Part shown: positions 19,161-28,900 of the stretch, in pieces
How positions within the stretch are numbered: position 1 is the first letter of the stretch
Layout: each line of letters begins with the position of its first letter
DNA from: an uncultured Oscillospiraceae bacterium
GTDB taxonomy: Bacteria > Bacillota > Clostridia > Oscillospirales > Ruminococcaceae
Length of the DNA stretch: 64,000 nucleotides
Reading direction: 5' to 3'
Assembly (NCBI GenBank): GCA_934466455.1
Contig: CAKSLF010000005.1
Coordinates: 33,261-97,260, forward strand
The notes under the pieces: generated by a model
Seen by the model: only the letters and a program-made list of their open reading frames with translations
What the model was told of the DNA's origin: nothing
The model's database searches: none
Program-made: the position numbers and the translations under genes

Positions 19161-20213
19161 ATGAACGCAGAATTTTTTGAAGCTCTTAAACTTCTTGAAG
19201 CGGAAAAGGGCATTTCGGTGGAATATCTTTGCGAAAAGATAGAAAACGCCATTGCCATCGCAATCAGAAAGGACTATGCCGGAATCGAAGATGTAAAGGT
19301 AGTTATCGACCCGGAAAGCCAAACCTTTGAGGTTGCCCTTCGCAAAACCGTTGCGGAAACGGTTGAGGATCCCGCAAACCAGATAAGCATTGAGCAGGCG
19401 GCAAAATACGATAAAAAAGCCCAAATCGGAGATGTCGTGGATATTCCTCTTGAAACAAAGCAGTTCGGACGCATCGCTGCCCAAACGGCAAAGCATGTTA
19501 TCAAACAGGGAATAAGAGAAGCGGAAAGAGGTCAGGTGCTCAAGGAGTTCCAAAGCCGTGAGCACGAGATTATTACCGCAACCGTTGTGAGCACCGACCC
19601 GGTAAGAGGAAATGTTACCCTTGAGATTGACCACAACGAAGCGTATTTGCTTAAATCCGAGCAAATCCCCGGCGAAACCTTTGAAGACGGCGAGCGCATA
19701 AAGGTTTATGTGGTCGAGGTCGCAAATTCCGAAAGAGGTCCAAAGGTTATGATTTCCCGCACCCACCCCGGTCTTGTAAAACGCCTGTTTGAGATTGAGG
19801 TTCCGGAGGTTTATGAGGGAACGGTTGAAATAAAAGCGGTTTCCAGAGAAGCAGGTTCCCGCACAAAGCTTGCCGTATGGAGCAAGGACCCGGATGTCGA
19901 CGCCGTAGGTGCCTGCATCGGCGCAAGAGGAGCCCGTGTTGCAAAAATCGTTGACGAGCTTGGCGGAGAAAAGATTGATGTTGTACAATATTCCGAGGAT
20001 CCGGTAGAATTTATTTCTGCTGCACTTTCTCCCGCAAAGGTTGTTTCCGTGGAGGTTGACCCGGAGGGCAGCCGTTCCTGCAAGGTAAAGGTTCCGGACG
20101 AACAGCTTTCCCTTGCTATCGGCAACAGAGGACAGAACGCAAGACTTGCCGCAAAGCTGACCGGTTGGAAAATTGATATTAAACCGGAAAGCGGATTTTT
20201 CGGCGAGGAATGA
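19161..20213 (+). CDS. nusA: transcription termination/antitermination factor NusA
   Basis: 350 aa with N-terminal domain, S1 and two KH domains. MNAEFFEALKLLEAEKGIS matches the NusA N-terminus. Confidence 0.95.
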   Translation: MNAEFFEALKLLEAEKGISVEYLCEKIENAIAIAIRKDYAGIEDVKVVIDPESQTFEVALRKTVAETVEDPANQISIEQAAKYDKKAQIGDVVDIPLETKQFGRIAAQTAKHVIKQGIREAERGQVLKEFQSREHEIITATVVSTDPVRGNVTLEIDHNEAYLLKSEQIPGETFEDGERIKVYVVEVANSERGPKVMISRTHPGLVKRLFEIEVPEVYEGTVEIKAVSREAGSRTKLAVWSKDPDVDAVGACIGARGARVAKIVDELGGEKIDVVQYSEDPVEFISAALSPAKVVSVEVDPEGSRSCKVKVPDEQLSLAIGNRGQNARLAAKLTGWKIDIKPESGFFGEE

Positions 20214-20248
20214 TATAAAATAGAGGCAAAAGAGTTTTTTCGGAAGGA

Positions 20249-20527
20249 GTGAGAAGCACTTTGAAAAAAATACCTATGAGAATGTGCACCGGCTGCGGCG
20301 AGATGAAGCCGAAAAAAGAGCTTGTGCGAGTGGTAAAAAGCCCGGAGGGAGAGATTTCTCTTGATAAAACCGGAAGAAGCCCCGGAAGGGGAGCTTATGT
20401 CTGCCAAAACCCGGATTGCCTTAAAAAAGCAAGAAAGTCAAGGCGGCTTGAAAAAGTATTTGCTTCTCAAATACCCGAAGAGGTCTATGACGCATTGGAA
20501 AGGGAGCTTTGTACCGATGCCGGCTGA
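20249..20527 (+). CDS. ylxR: YlxR/RnpM family RNA-binding protein (DUF448)
   Basis: RMCTGCGEMKPKKELVRVV ... GRGAYVC motif. Sits at the conserved position between nusA and the L7Ae gene. The start may be the internal ATG at 20276. Confidence 0.85.
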   Translation: MRSTLKKIPMRMCTGCGEMKPKKELVRVVKSPEGEISLDKTGRSPGRGAYVCQNPDCLKKARKSRRLEKVFASQIPEEVYDALERELCTDAG

Positions 20528-20840
20528 CAAAATATCGGGAATGCTTGGGCTTTGCAGAAGAGCGGGAAAGCTTGTTATGGGCTTTGATATAACTGCGGAA
20601 GCGATCGCAAAGAAGAACGCCGCAGCGGTTTTCTTCGCAAAAGACGCTTCCGACCGAACCGTTCGGGAAATAAGCCGAAAAGCGGACGAAGCCGGAATCC
20701 CGGCAAGGGTGCTGCCCCTTACAATGGACGAAATCAGCTATGCCGTTGCGAAACGAGCGGGCGTGCTCGCAGTTTGCGACAGCGGATTTGCCGGCAGTAT
20801 TGAAAAACTGCTTTGCCCGGGTGCCGAGGGCACAAAATAA
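20517..20840 (+). CDS. ylxQ: L7Ae/L30e family ribosomal-protein-like RNA-binding protein (YlxQ)
   Basis: GLCRRAGKLVMG ... FFAKDAS motif. Conserved position upstream of infB. Start chosen at the ATG at 20517 with an upstream GGAAAGGGAG. Confidence 0.8.
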   Translation: MPADKISGMLGLCRRAGKLVMGFDITAEAIAKKNAAAVFFAKDASDRTVREISRKADEAGIPARVLPLTMDEISYAVAKRAGVLAVCDSGFAGSIEKLLCPGAEGTK

Positions 20841-20890
20841 TTTACGCATATCGCAAACGAACAGCACGAAATTAGGAGGGAAACGCTTAT

Positions 20891-23809
20891 ATGGTAGAAA
20901 ACATTAAATATAAAGTTGCCGATGTGGCAAAGGACCTTAAACTCCCGTTAAAGGATGTTATAGACACCCTTGGCGAGAAGTTTTCGGCAAAAAAAGCGCA
21001 GACGGCTCTTACGGAAGAAGAACTGAACTATGTTTTTGAGCATTATACTAAGGCAAAGGAAGTAACAAGCTTTGCTTCCTATTTTGCTATGGCAAATCAG
21101 CCAAAAGAGGAAGCTAAAGCGGAAGAGCCCAAAAAGGAAGAAAAGAAAACTGCACCCAAGGCGGAAAAGAAGCCTGCGGAAAAGCCTGCACCCAAGTCGG
21201 AGCAGAAGCCTGCGGAGAAACCCGCACCCAAGGCGGAAAAGAAGCCTGCGGAAAAGCCCGCACCCAAGGCAGAGCAGAAGCCTGCGGAGAAGCCCGCACC
21301 CAAGTCGGAGCAGAAGCCTGCGGAAAAGCCCATACCCAAGGCAGAGCAGAAGCCTGCGGAAAAGCCCATACCCAAGTCGGAGCAGAAGCCTGCGGAACGC
21401 TCGGTCCAGAAGCAGGAGCGCAGCGACAGACCGCAGAATAATCAACAGAACGGACAGAACCGTTTTGGCGATAAACCCCAGCAGGGCGAAAGAAGAAACG
21501 ACCGTTTCGGCGACAGACAGCAGAACAATCAGCAGAACGGACAGAACCGCTTTGGCGACAGACCCCAGCAGGGCGAAAGAAGAAACGACCGTTTCGGCGA
21601 CAGACCGCAGAATAATCAGCAGGGCGGACAGAGCCGTTTTGGCGACAGACCGCAGCAGAACGGGCAAAACCGCTTTGGCGATAAGCCCCAATTCCAGAAA
21701 AACGACCGCTTTGGCGGCGGATTTGATAAAGACAGCGACAACAACGGCGGTCACCGTCACGAGCCGAAAAAACCGGTTGAGCGCAAGCCCAGACCCGGTA
21801 ATCTTCCGCCGGCGGAAAAGCTTGCGGCAGGCACAGCCCATGTTGATATGAGTGCGGCGAACATCGAGCTTGATAAATACAATGAAAAGTATGAGCAGAT
21901 TGCGCCGTCCTCCTCTATGTCCGACAGTTATACCAATAAGCAGAAGCTTACTCAGCGTTCCAAACAGCAGGGCAAGCCGAAGCAGAGCAAAAAAGAGCAG
22001 GAACAGGCAAAGCTTAAAAAGCTTGAGATGGAGCGTCAACGCCGTCAGAAGCTTGAAATTACTCTTCCCGATGAAATAACCGTCGGCGACCTTGCTCTCA
22101 AGCTAAAGGTCACCTCTGCCGAAATTATCAAACGCCTTATGATGCAGGGCATGATGGTTTCCGTAAACGAAATGATAGATTACGATACAGCCGCCCTTGT
22201 TGCAATGGATATAGGCGCAAAGGTTGAGCACGAGGTTGTTGTTACGATAGAGGACCGCCTTATCGACGACAGCGAGGACGATGCGGGAAATCTTGTTCCC
22301 CGTGACCCGGTTGTCTGTGTTATGGGTCATGTTGACCACGGCAAAACCTCAATACTTGATGTTATCCGTCAGGCAAATGTCGCTGCGGGAGAAGCGGGCG
22401 GCATTACTCAGCATATCGGTGCATACAGAGTAAAAACCGAGGGCGGAAGATACATCACCTTCCTTGATACCCCCGGACACGAAGCATTTACCGCAATGCG
22501 TGCAAGAGGCGCACTTTGCACCGATATAGCAATTCTTGTTGTTGCGGCGGACGACGGCATTATGCCCCAGACCGTTGAAGCAATCAACCATGCAAAAGCA
22601 GCGAATGTTTCCATAATCGTTGCAATCAATAAAATTGATAAACCCGGCGCAAATGTCGAGAGAGTTATGGAGGGTCTTACCGAATACGGTCTTGTTCCCG
22701 AGGAATGGGGCGGCGATGTTATCTGCGTTCCCGTTTCCGCAAAGACTCACGAAAATATTCCGACCCTTCTCGAAATGGTTACTCTTGTTGCGGATGTTAA
22801 AGAGCTTAAAGCCAACCCCGACAGAATGGCAAAGGGAACCGTTATCGAATCCCGTCTTGATAAGGGCAGAGGTCCGGTTGCCACGGTTCTTGTACAAAAC
22901 GGAACTCTTCATACCGGCGATGTTGTAATTGCGGGAACCGCCGTCGGCAAGGTAAGAATTATGACCGACGATAAAGGCAACAAAGTTGAAACGGCAGGTC
23001 CCTCAATTCCTGTTGAAATAACCGGTCTTGACAGCGTTCCCACCGGCGGCGACACCTTTAACGCCGTTAAGGACGAAAAGCTTGCAAGAGAGCTTGTTGA
23101 ACAGCGTGAATATGAGGCAAAGCAGGAACAGTTTAAGGCATACCAGAAGGTAACTCTTGATAACCTCTTCAGCCAGATTGCGGAGGGAGAAATTAAAGAA
23201 CTGCCTATAATCGTAAAAGCCGATGTCCAGGGCTCCGTTGAGGCGGTAAAACAATCCCTTGAAAAGCTCTCTAACGATGAGGTTCATGTTAAGGTAATCC
23301 ACGGTGCGGTAGGCGCAGTAAACGAGTCCGATGTCATGCTTGCACAGGTTTCCAATGCAATTATAGTAGGCTTTAATGTCCGTCCGGATTCCACCGCCCG
23401 TGACAATGCCGCAAGAGAGGGCGTGGAAATTCGCCTCTATCGTGTAATCTACGACGCAATCGAGGAAATAAAAGCCGCAATGAACGGTATGCTTGCTCCT
23501 AAGTACCGTGATGTTGACCTCGGCAGAGCCGAGGTTCGCCAGGTATATAAAATCAGCAGCGTAGGAACCGTTGCAGGCTGCTATGTGCTCGAGGGCAAAA
23601 TTACAAGAAACGCAAATATCCGTGTTGTTCGTGACGGCATTATTATTGCCGACGATAAGCTCGACAGCCTTAAACGCTTTAAGGACGATGTTAAAGAGGT
23701 TGCCCAGGGCTATGAATGCGGTATGACCCTTACTAAGTTTAACGATATTAAAGAGGGCGATGTTTTTGAAGCGTATATCGTGGAGGAATATCGTGAAAAC
23801 GCCAACTGA
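20891..23809 (+). CDS. infB: translation initiation factor IF-2
   Basis: 972 aa. [10 protein letters not shown]1 motif, DTPGHEAF G3 motif and NKIDK G4 motif. The N-terminal region is extended by repeats. Confidence 0.95.
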   Translation: MVENIKYKVADVAKDLKLPLKDVIDTLGEKFSAKKAQTALTEEELNYVFEHYTKAKEVTSFASYFAMANQPKEEAKAEEPKKEEKKTAPKAEKKPAEKPAPKSEQKPAEKPAPKAEKKPAEKPAPKAEQKPAEKPAPKSEQKPAEKPIPKAEQKPAEKPIPKSEQKPAERSVQKQERSDRPQNNQQNGQNRFGDKPQQGERRNDRFGDRQQNNQQNGQNRFGDRPQQGERRNDRFGDRPQNNQQGGQSRFGDRPQQNGQNRFGDKPQFQKNDRFGGGFDKDSDNNGGHRHEPKKPVERKPRPGNLPPAEKLAAGTAHVDMSAANIELDKYNEKYEQIAPSSSMSDSYTNKQKLTQRSKQQGKPKQSKKEQEQAKLKKLEMERQRRQKLEITLPDEITVGDLALKLKVTSAEIIKRLMMQGMMVSVNEMIDYDTAALVAMDIGAKVEHEVVVTIEDRLIDDSEDDAGNLVPRDPVVCVMGHVDHGKTSILDVIRQANVAAGEAGGITQHIGAYRVKTEGGRYITFLDTPGHEAFTAMRARGALCTDIAILVVAADDGIMPQTVEAINHAKAANVSIIVAINKIDKPGANVERVMEGLTEYGLVPEEWGGDVICVPVSAKTHENIPTLLEMVTLVADVKELKANPDRMAKGTVIESRLDKGRGPVATVLVQNGTLHTGDVVIAGTAVGKVRIMTDDKGNKVETAGPSIPVEITGLDSVPTGGDTFNAVKDEKLARELVEQREYEAKQEQFKAYQKVTLDNLFSQIAEGEIKELPIIVKADVQGSVEAVKQSLEKLSNDEVHVKVIHGAVGAVNESDVMLAQVSNAIIVGFNVRPDSTARDNAAREGVEIRLYRVIYDAIEEIKAAMNGMLAPKYRDVDLGRAEVRQVYKISSVGTVAGCYVLEGKITRNANIRVVRDGIIIADDKLDSLKRFKDDVKEVAQGYECGMTLTKFNDIKEGDVFEAYIVEEYRENAN
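21123..21398 (+). repeat. intragenic tandem repeat of ~36 bp, about 7 copies, encoding the [16 protein letters not shown] repeat in the IF-2 N-terminus
   Basis: Direct reading of near-identical 36-bp units (aagcctgcggaaaagcccgcacccaaggcagagcag). Confidence 0.85.
21405..21700 (+). repeat. second intragenic repeat of ~90 bp, 3-4 copies, encoding the [29 protein letters not shown]-rich repeat of IF-2
   Basis: Direct reading of the nucleotide and translated repeats. Confidence 0.8.
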
Positions 23810-23821
23810 TAAGGAGGCAAT

Positions 23822-24169
23822 ATGGCAGGATTCAAACTTGGAAGAACAAGCGAGGATATTCGGCGCGAGCTTATGGATATTCTTCGTAATATGAAGGATC
23901 CCCGGATTTCCGGCGGAATGATAAGCATTGTTCGGGTGGAGCTTACAAACGACCTTTCCCATTGCAAGGTTTATATAAGCGCACTTGAGGGCATGGAAAA
24001 GGCAAAGGAGGCGGCAAAGGTTCTCGGAAAAGCCGCCGGTTTTGTCCGCCACGAGCTTATGACGAGGCTTGAGCTTAGAAAGGTGCCGGAGTTGCACTTT
24101 ATTGCAGATGATTCCATTGAGCACAGCGCAGATATTCAGCGGATTTTAAGAGAAATCGGCGAAAACTGA
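23822..24169 (+). CDS. rbfA: ribosome-binding factor A
   Basis: 115 aa. RxxRVxExIRRELxxIL-type N-terminus and ISIVRVELTNDLSHCKVYIS core. Confidence 0.9.
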   Translation: MAGFKLGRTSEDIRRELMDILRNMKDPRISGGMISIVRVELTNDLSHCKVYISALEGMEKAKEAAKVLGKAAGFVRHELMTRLELRKVPELHFIADDSIEHSADIQRILREIGEN

Positions 24170-24193
24170 TAAGCGGAAAGGGGAAAGGTTATT

Positions 24194-25156
24194 ATGGAAA
24201 TCACCGTACAGCAATGCTGCAAAAGGCTTGAGCAAATGGACGACATTGCGGTGCTTTGCCACCGCAATCCGGATGGGGATACTCTCGGCTGCGCCTTTGC
24301 CCTTAAATATATGTTGGAGCAGCTTGGAAAGCGGGTTCGGGTAGAATCTCACGACGGTTTTCCAAAGCAGTATTCTTATATGTATCCGGAAAACCGGTCG
24401 GAATTCGAGCCTAAGTTCGTTGTTGCGGTGGATGTTGCGGACGAGGAACTTCTCGGGAGCAGCATGGATAAATATAAGGGCAGGGTCGATCTTTGTATCG
24501 ACCACCATTCCTCAAACAAGCACTATGCGAAGGAATGGTGCGTAAGAAGCGATAATGCCGCCGCAGCCGAGATTATGGAGGACATCTGCGCCGGGCTTTC
24601 CGGCGTCAAGCTTACAAAGCTTATTGCGGATTGTATTTATACAGGCGTTTCCACCGATACGGGCTGCTTCCGCTATTCCAACACAACCGCACACAGCCAT
24701 GAGGTTGCAGGAAGAATGTTTGCCGCCGGCTGCGATTTCAAAATGATAAACAGGGTGATGTTCGAGCTGAAATCTCCCTCCCGCATAGCCATCGAAAAAG
24801 AGGTGCTCTCCACTATGGAGTACCACTTTGATAAAAAATTTGCCCTTGTTTATATTACAAGGGAGATGATGGAGCGGGCGGGTGCGCTTGATTCCGAGCT
24901 TGAGGAGATTGCCTCCATGCCGCGCCAAATTGAGGGCGTGCTTGTGGGCGCAACCCTCCGCCAACGGGACGACGGCTATAAAATCTCTCTCAGAAGCGGC
25001 GAGGAGATAGATTCCGCAGAGCTTTGCGGAAGGCTTGGCGGCGGCGGGCACCGCTGCGCCTCCGGCTGTTTTGTCAAAGGCAGCCTTGAGGAAGCAAAAA
25101 AAGCGATAATCGCCGTTGTGGGAGCCGCCCTCGGCTACGGAGAAAAAGAATGTTAA
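24194..25156 (+). CDS. nrnA: DHH/DHHA1 family phosphoesterase (NrnA-like oligoribonuclease/pAp phosphatase)
   Basis: HRNPDGDTLGCAFAL DHH motif and a GGGH DHHA1 motif near the C-terminus. Confidence 0.85.
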   Translation: MEITVQQCCKRLEQMDDIAVLCHRNPDGDTLGCAFALKYMLEQLGKRVRVESHDGFPKQYSYMYPENRSEFEPKFVVAVDVADEELLGSSMDKYKGRVDLCIDHHSSNKHYAKEWCVRSDNAAAAEIMEDICAGLSGVKLTKLIADCIYTGVSTDTGCFRYSNTTAHSHEVAGRMFAAGCDFKMINRVMFELKSPSRIAIEKEVLSTMEYHFDKKFALVYITREMMERAGALDSELEEIASMPRQIEGVLVGATLRQRDDGYKISLRSGEEIDSAELCGRLGGGGHRCASGCFVKGSLEEAKKAIIAVVGAALGYGEKEC

Positions 25157-26049
25157 ACGGTATTCTGCCAATAGATAAGCCGGAGGATTTTACCTCCTTT
25201 GATGTAATCGCAAAGCTTAGGGGAGTTACCCATACAAAAAAAATCGGACATTCCGGAACCCTTGACCCAATGGCAACCGGCGTTCTTCCGCTTTTTTTCG
25301 GAGATGCCACAAAAGCCTGCTCTGTCTTACAAAATGAGGATAAACGCTATTCCGCAGAGCTGCGTTTGGGAATAACCACCGACACGGAGGACATTACGGG
25401 AAAGATTCTTTCCAAAAGCATTTCCGAAGTAACGGAGGAGCAGTTCCGAAAAGCCGCAGCCGCCTTTGTCGGAAAGCAAATGCAAACTCCGCCGATGTAT
25501 TCCGCAGTTAAGGTGGACGGAAGACCGCTTTATGACCTTGCCCGCAAGGGCAGGGAGGTTGAACGCCCGGCAAAAGAAATCACGGTGTACTCAATTGATG
25601 TAACGGAGTTTTGCGAAGCGGAGCAAACCGCAAAAATCGAGGTAGCCTGCGGAAAAGGTACATATATCCGCACCCTTATCGCAGACATCGGGCGTGTTCT
25701 CGGCTGCGGTGCGGCTATGACAAAGCTCCGCAGAACCGAAGCGGGCGGCTTTGCAATCAAAGAGTGCTATACAATTGCCGAGGTGCAGGAAATGGAGAAA
25801 AACGGCACGCTGGAGGCTGCTCTTCTGCCTGTGGAGCGGCTTTTTGACCGTTTGCCGAGGCTTGTTCTTTGTGATTTCGACGCACATCTTTATAAAAACG
25901 GAGTTCCGCTTGAGCTTAAAAAGAGAGGCTGGGACGGGATTAACGGCGATATTGCCGTATTTGATAGGTGCGAAAATTTTCTTGGAATATCCCGTATGGA
26001 CGAAGAGAAAAACGAGCTTAAATTAAGGAAGCTTTTTTATCGGGGATAA
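25150..26049 (+). CDS. truB: tRNA pseudouridine(55) synthase TruB
   Basis: GILPIDKPEDFTSFDV ... GHSGTLDPMATGVLPL catalytic-Asp motif. Confidence 0.95.
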   Translation: MLNGILPIDKPEDFTSFDVIAKLRGVTHTKKIGHSGTLDPMATGVLPLFFGDATKACSVLQNEDKRYSAELRLGITTDTEDITGKILSKSISEVTEEQFRKAAAAFVGKQMQTPPMYSAVKVDGRPLYDLARKGREVERPAKEITVYSIDVTEFCEAEQTAKIEVACGKGTYIRTLIADIGRVLGCGAAMTKLRRTEAGGFAIKECYTIAEVQEMEKNGTLEAALLPVERLFDRLPRLVLCDFDAHLYKNGVPLELKKRGWDGINGDIAVFDRCENFLGISRMDEEKNELKLRKLFYRG

Positions 26050-26050
26050 A

Positions 26051-26090
26051 AAACAAAGCACTTTTGTAACCAAAAAGTGCTTTGTTTTTT
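26051..26090 (+). terminator. rho-independent terminator AAACAAAGCACTTTTGTAACCAAAAAGTGCTTTGTTTTTT after truB
   Basis: Perfect 13-bp stem plus T-run. Confidence 0.8.
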
Positions 26091-26144
26091 CGTTTGAGCA
26101 CCGTCACAAAAAACAATGAGCATCAAAAAGCTAAGGGGATTTAT

Positions 26145-26185
26145 TTGAGCACGGAGCCGTGCTCAAATAAATCCCCTTTTCAAAA
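26145..26185. repeat. palindromic element GGGGATTTATTTGAGCACGGAGCCGTGCTCAAATAAATCCCC, a member of the GAGCAC-armed hairpin family
   Basis: 19-bp perfect inverted repeat. The same GAGCACGG/CCGTGCTC arms recur at 4003, 14611, 36006, 37010, 44490 and 63121. Confidence 0.7.
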
Positions 26186-26190
26186 AAGTA

Positions 26191-26218
26191 TTGAAAAGTT
26201 ATAAAACAACGGTATAAT
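26191..26218 (+). promoter_or_regulatory. sigma-A promoter TTGAAA-N16-TATAAT upstream of nitroreductase copy 1. A duplicated copy lies at about 27011-27038
   Basis: Hexamers read directly, followed by AAGGAGAG RBS and the ATG at 26251. Confidence 0.6.
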
Positions 26219-26250
26219 CTATTAAGAAAATTGCAAAGGAGAGTTTAATT

Positions 26251-26775
26251 ATGACAGAGCTCGTTAAAATAATGCAGCAGCGTCACAGCTGCCGCAAATT
26301 TCTTGATAAAGCAGTGGAAAACGAAAAAATCGTTGCCTGCATAAATGCGGCAAGCCTCGCACCCTCTGCGTGGAACTCGCAGCCCTATCATTTTTATGTT
26401 GCAAACACTCCGGAAACCGTTGCGACTGCCGCAGAATGCTGCAAAGACAATAAATGGATTGGCGAGGTAAGGGCTTTTGTTATTGTAACTCAAGAGCACG
26501 CAAATGTTCCCGCAACCTTCGGCGAAACGGCAAGAAAGGATTTTCGCCAATACGATATAGGTCTTGCGATTGAGAATTTTCTCCTTGAAGCAACGGAGCT
26601 TGGTCTTGGTGTAGCCACCATCGGAAGTTTTAACGAAGAAAAGCTGAAATCAAGCTTCCGTATTCCGAGCCCAAAGAAAATTGCCCTTGTTATTACAATG
26701 GGCTACTCTGCGGAGGAAGAAATCCCGGCAAAAAAACGCCGCCCTCTTGAGGAAACAATAACCTACCTTAAATGA
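26251..26775 (+). CDS. nitroreductase family protein (paralog 1)
   Basis: 174 aa. HSCRKF ... nitroreductase fold with FMN-binding N-terminal RHSxR motif. About 90% identical to the downstream paralog. Confidence 0.85.
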   Translation: MTELVKIMQQRHSCRKFLDKAVENEKIVACINAASLAPSAWNSQPYHFYVANTPETVATAAECCKDNKWIGEVRAFVIVTQEHANVPATFGETARKDFRQYDIGLAIENFLLEATELGLGVATIGSFNEEKLKSSFRIPSPKKIALVITMGYSAEEEIPAKKRRPLEETITYLK

Positions 26776-26828
26776 TTTTTCGAAAAAAGCGGAAGGAAAC
26801 TTTTTTCCGCTTTTTTAAGGAGAACCTT

Positions 26829-27023
26829 ATGTTTGAAAACGAAGAAAGACCCCGGCGAGCCATACTTGTTGCGGCGGATTGCGGCGAGTATCCGCAATCT
26901 TTGGGGGAGTTCGCCGGGCTTGATACAGCCAGCCGCATAATGTTTATTCCCGAAATGTTTGCGGTCTTTGCTCAAAGCCGTAATTCGCAAAACCTTTTTG
27001 AAAACATATTGAAAAATTCATAA
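26829..27023 (+). pseudogene. 5' fragment of hflX (first ~20 codons conserved, then out-of-context sequence) left by the tandem duplication
   Basis: MFENEERPRRAILVAADCGE matches the hflX N-terminus MFENEERPQRAILVAADCGE at 27657, then diverges. Preceded by the same terminator and RBS as the intact hflX. Confidence 0.7.
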
Positions 27024-27069
27024 AACAACGGTATAATTTATTAAGAAAATTGCGAAGGAGAGTTTAATT

Positions 27070-27603
27070 ATGACAGAGCTCGTTAAAATAATGCAGCAGC
27101 GTCACAGCTGCCGCAAATTTCTTGATAAAGCGGTGGAAAACGAAAAAATTGTTGCCTGCATAAATGCGGCAAGTCTTGCGCCCTCCGCCTGCAACACCCA
27201 ACCGTATCATTTTTATGTTGCAAACACTCCGGAAACCGTTGCGACCGCCGCAGAATACTGCAAGGGCGACCATGTCAACAGATGGGTAGGCGAGGCAAAA
27301 GCCTTCGTAATTATAACCCAGGAGCACGCAAATATGCCAACCACTCTTGGCGAAGCGGCAAGAAAGGATTTCCGCCAGTACGATATAGGTCTTGCAATTG
27401 AGAATTTTCTCCTTGAGGCGACGGAGCTTGGACTTGGTTCCTGTGTTCTCGGCTGCTTTAATGAGGAAAAGCTGAAATCAAGCTTCCGTATTCCAAGCCC
27501 AAAGAAAATTGCCCTTGTTATTGCAATGGGCTATTCTGCGGAGGAAGAAATCCCGGCAAAAAAACGCCGCCCTCTTGAGGAAACAATAACCTACCTTAAA
27601 TAA
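27070..27603 (+). CDS. nitroreductase family protein (paralog 2)
   Basis: 177 aa. Shares the first 38 residues exactly with paralog 1 and diverges in the central loop (CKGDHVNRWVGEAKA versus CKDNKWIGEVRA). Confidence 0.85.
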   Translation: MTELVKIMQQRHSCRKFLDKAVENEKIVACINAASLAPSACNTQPYHFYVANTPETVATAAEYCKGDHVNRWVGEAKAFVIITQEHANMPTTLGEAARKDFRQYDIGLAIENFLLEATELGLGSCVLGCFNEEKLKSSFRIPSPKKIALVIAMGYSAEEEIPAKKRRPLEETITYLK

Positions 27604-27656
27604 TTTGTCAAAAAAGCGGAAGGAACTTTTCTTTCCGCTTTTTTAAGGAGAACCTT

Positions 27657-28895
27657 ATGTTTGAAAACGAAGAAAGACCCCAGCGAGCCATACTTGTTGC
27701 TGCGGATTGCGGCGAATGGGACGCAGAGGTTTCGATAAACGAGCTTGAGGAGCTTGCAAAGTCCGCCGGAGCCGAGGTTGTTGCAAAGGTTATTCAGCAG
27801 CGTGCCGAATACGACCGGGCGACCCTTATCGGAAGAGGAAAGCTTGATGAGATCAAGGAGATAGCCGAGGCAGAGGATGTCGACCTGCTTATTTTTGACC
27901 ATGAGCTTACGGCGGCAAATATCCGTAACCTTGAGGAGGCGACCGGGCTTGGAGTAATCGACCGCACAATGCTCATTCTTGATATATTTGCAGCCCGTGC
28001 TCAAAGCAGGGCAGGGCGGCTTCAAGTGGAGCTTGCCCAGTACAAATATCGGCTGCCCCGCCTTGAGGGGATGGGCAAAAATCTTTCCCGCCTTGGCGGC
28101 GGAATCGGTACAAGAGGACCGGGCGAATCAAAGCTTGAGAGCGACCGCCGCCATATTCGCCGGCGAATAGAAACTCTTGAGCATAAGCTTGCCGAGCTTG
28201 CGGCAAACAGGGAGCTTATCCGCAGCAGAAGAAAAAAAGACGGCATAGTAACCGCCGCAATAGTCGGATACACAAATGCGGGAAAATCCACCCTCTTAAA
28301 CCGTCTTACCAATGCGGGCGTTCTTTCCGAGGACAAGCTTTTTGCGACCCTTGACCCAACCGCACGCAGCCTTGAGCTTCCGGACGGGCGCAGCATTATG
28401 CTTGTGGATACAGTAGGCTTTGTGCGGCGGCTGCCGCACCATCTTGTGGAGGCGTTTAAGTCCACTCTTGAAGAAACGGTGCAGGCGGATTTGCTGCTTA
28501 ATGTCTGCGATATTTCAAGCGGGGAGGCGGATTCCCAAACCGAGGTGACAAGAGAGCTTCTCGAAAGCCTCGGCGCAGATAAAATCCCCATGCTCAATGT
28601 GCTCAACAAATGCGACCTTATTGAAGGACCGCTTCCGATTTGCACCGGGGATTGTGTGATGGTTTCGGCAAAAACCGGCGAGGGCATTGACGAAATGCTT
28701 GGAAAAATATCAAAAATGCTTGCCCCTACCCAAATCCGTATGAAGCTGCTTATTCCTTATTCGGAGGGCGCATTGCTCGGCGAGGTACGAAGCCTCGGCA
28801 GAGTTTTCTCCGAGGAATATACTCCGGAAGGGACCCTTGCGGACGCGCTTGTTGATATAAAAATTCTGTCAAAAGCGGAAAAATATCAGGTATGA
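27657..28895 (+). CDS. hflX: GTPase HflX
   Basis: 412 aa. GYTNAGKSTLLNRLT G1, DTVGF G3, NKCD G4, plus an N-terminal HflX domain. Confidence 0.9.
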   Translation: MFENEERPQRAILVAADCGEWDAEVSINELEELAKSAGAEVVAKVIQQRAEYDRATLIGRGKLDEIKEIAEAEDVDLLIFDHELTAANIRNLEEATGLGVIDRTMLILDIFAARAQSRAGRLQVELAQYKYRLPRLEGMGKNLSRLGGGIGTRGPGESKLESDRRHIRRRIETLEHKLAELAANRELIRSRRKKDGIVTAAIVGYTNAGKSTLLNRLTNAGVLSEDKLFATLDPTARSLELPDGRSIMLVDTVGFVRRLPHHLVEAFKSTLEETVQADLLLNVCDISSGEADSQTEVTRELLESLGADKIPMLNVLNKCDLIEGPLPICTGDCVMVSAKTGEGIDEMLGKISKMLAPTQIRMKLLIPYSEGALLGEVRSLGRVFSEEYTPEGTLADALVDIKILSKAEKYQV

Positions 28896-28900
28896 AAAAA

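Larger units (their letters stand above)
26190..27830 (+). repeat. tandem duplication, two units of ~819 bp (promoter + nitroreductase + terminator + hflX 5' end)
   Basis: The promoter-RBS-ATG sequences at 26199-26260 and 27019-27080 are near-identical. The period between the nitroreductase starts (27070 minus 26251) is 819 bp. Confidence 0.85.

Noticed and set aside
18417-19988. 523-aa ORF on the minus strand
   Set aside because: It lies antisense to rimP and nusA, which have clear homology and RBSs. Its translation is low-complexity F/N/L-rich, as expected for the reverse frame of a coding region.
20948-22039. 363-aa minus-strand ORF (L/R/G-rich) and 259-aa plus-strand alternative frame 21072-21851
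   Set aside because: Both are shadows of the infB tandem repeats. The repeat periodicity keeps alternative frames open. infB in frame +1 has the genuine IF-2 G-domain downstream.
23003-24124. 373-aa minus-strand ORF
   Set aside because: Antisense to the infB 3' end and rbfA.
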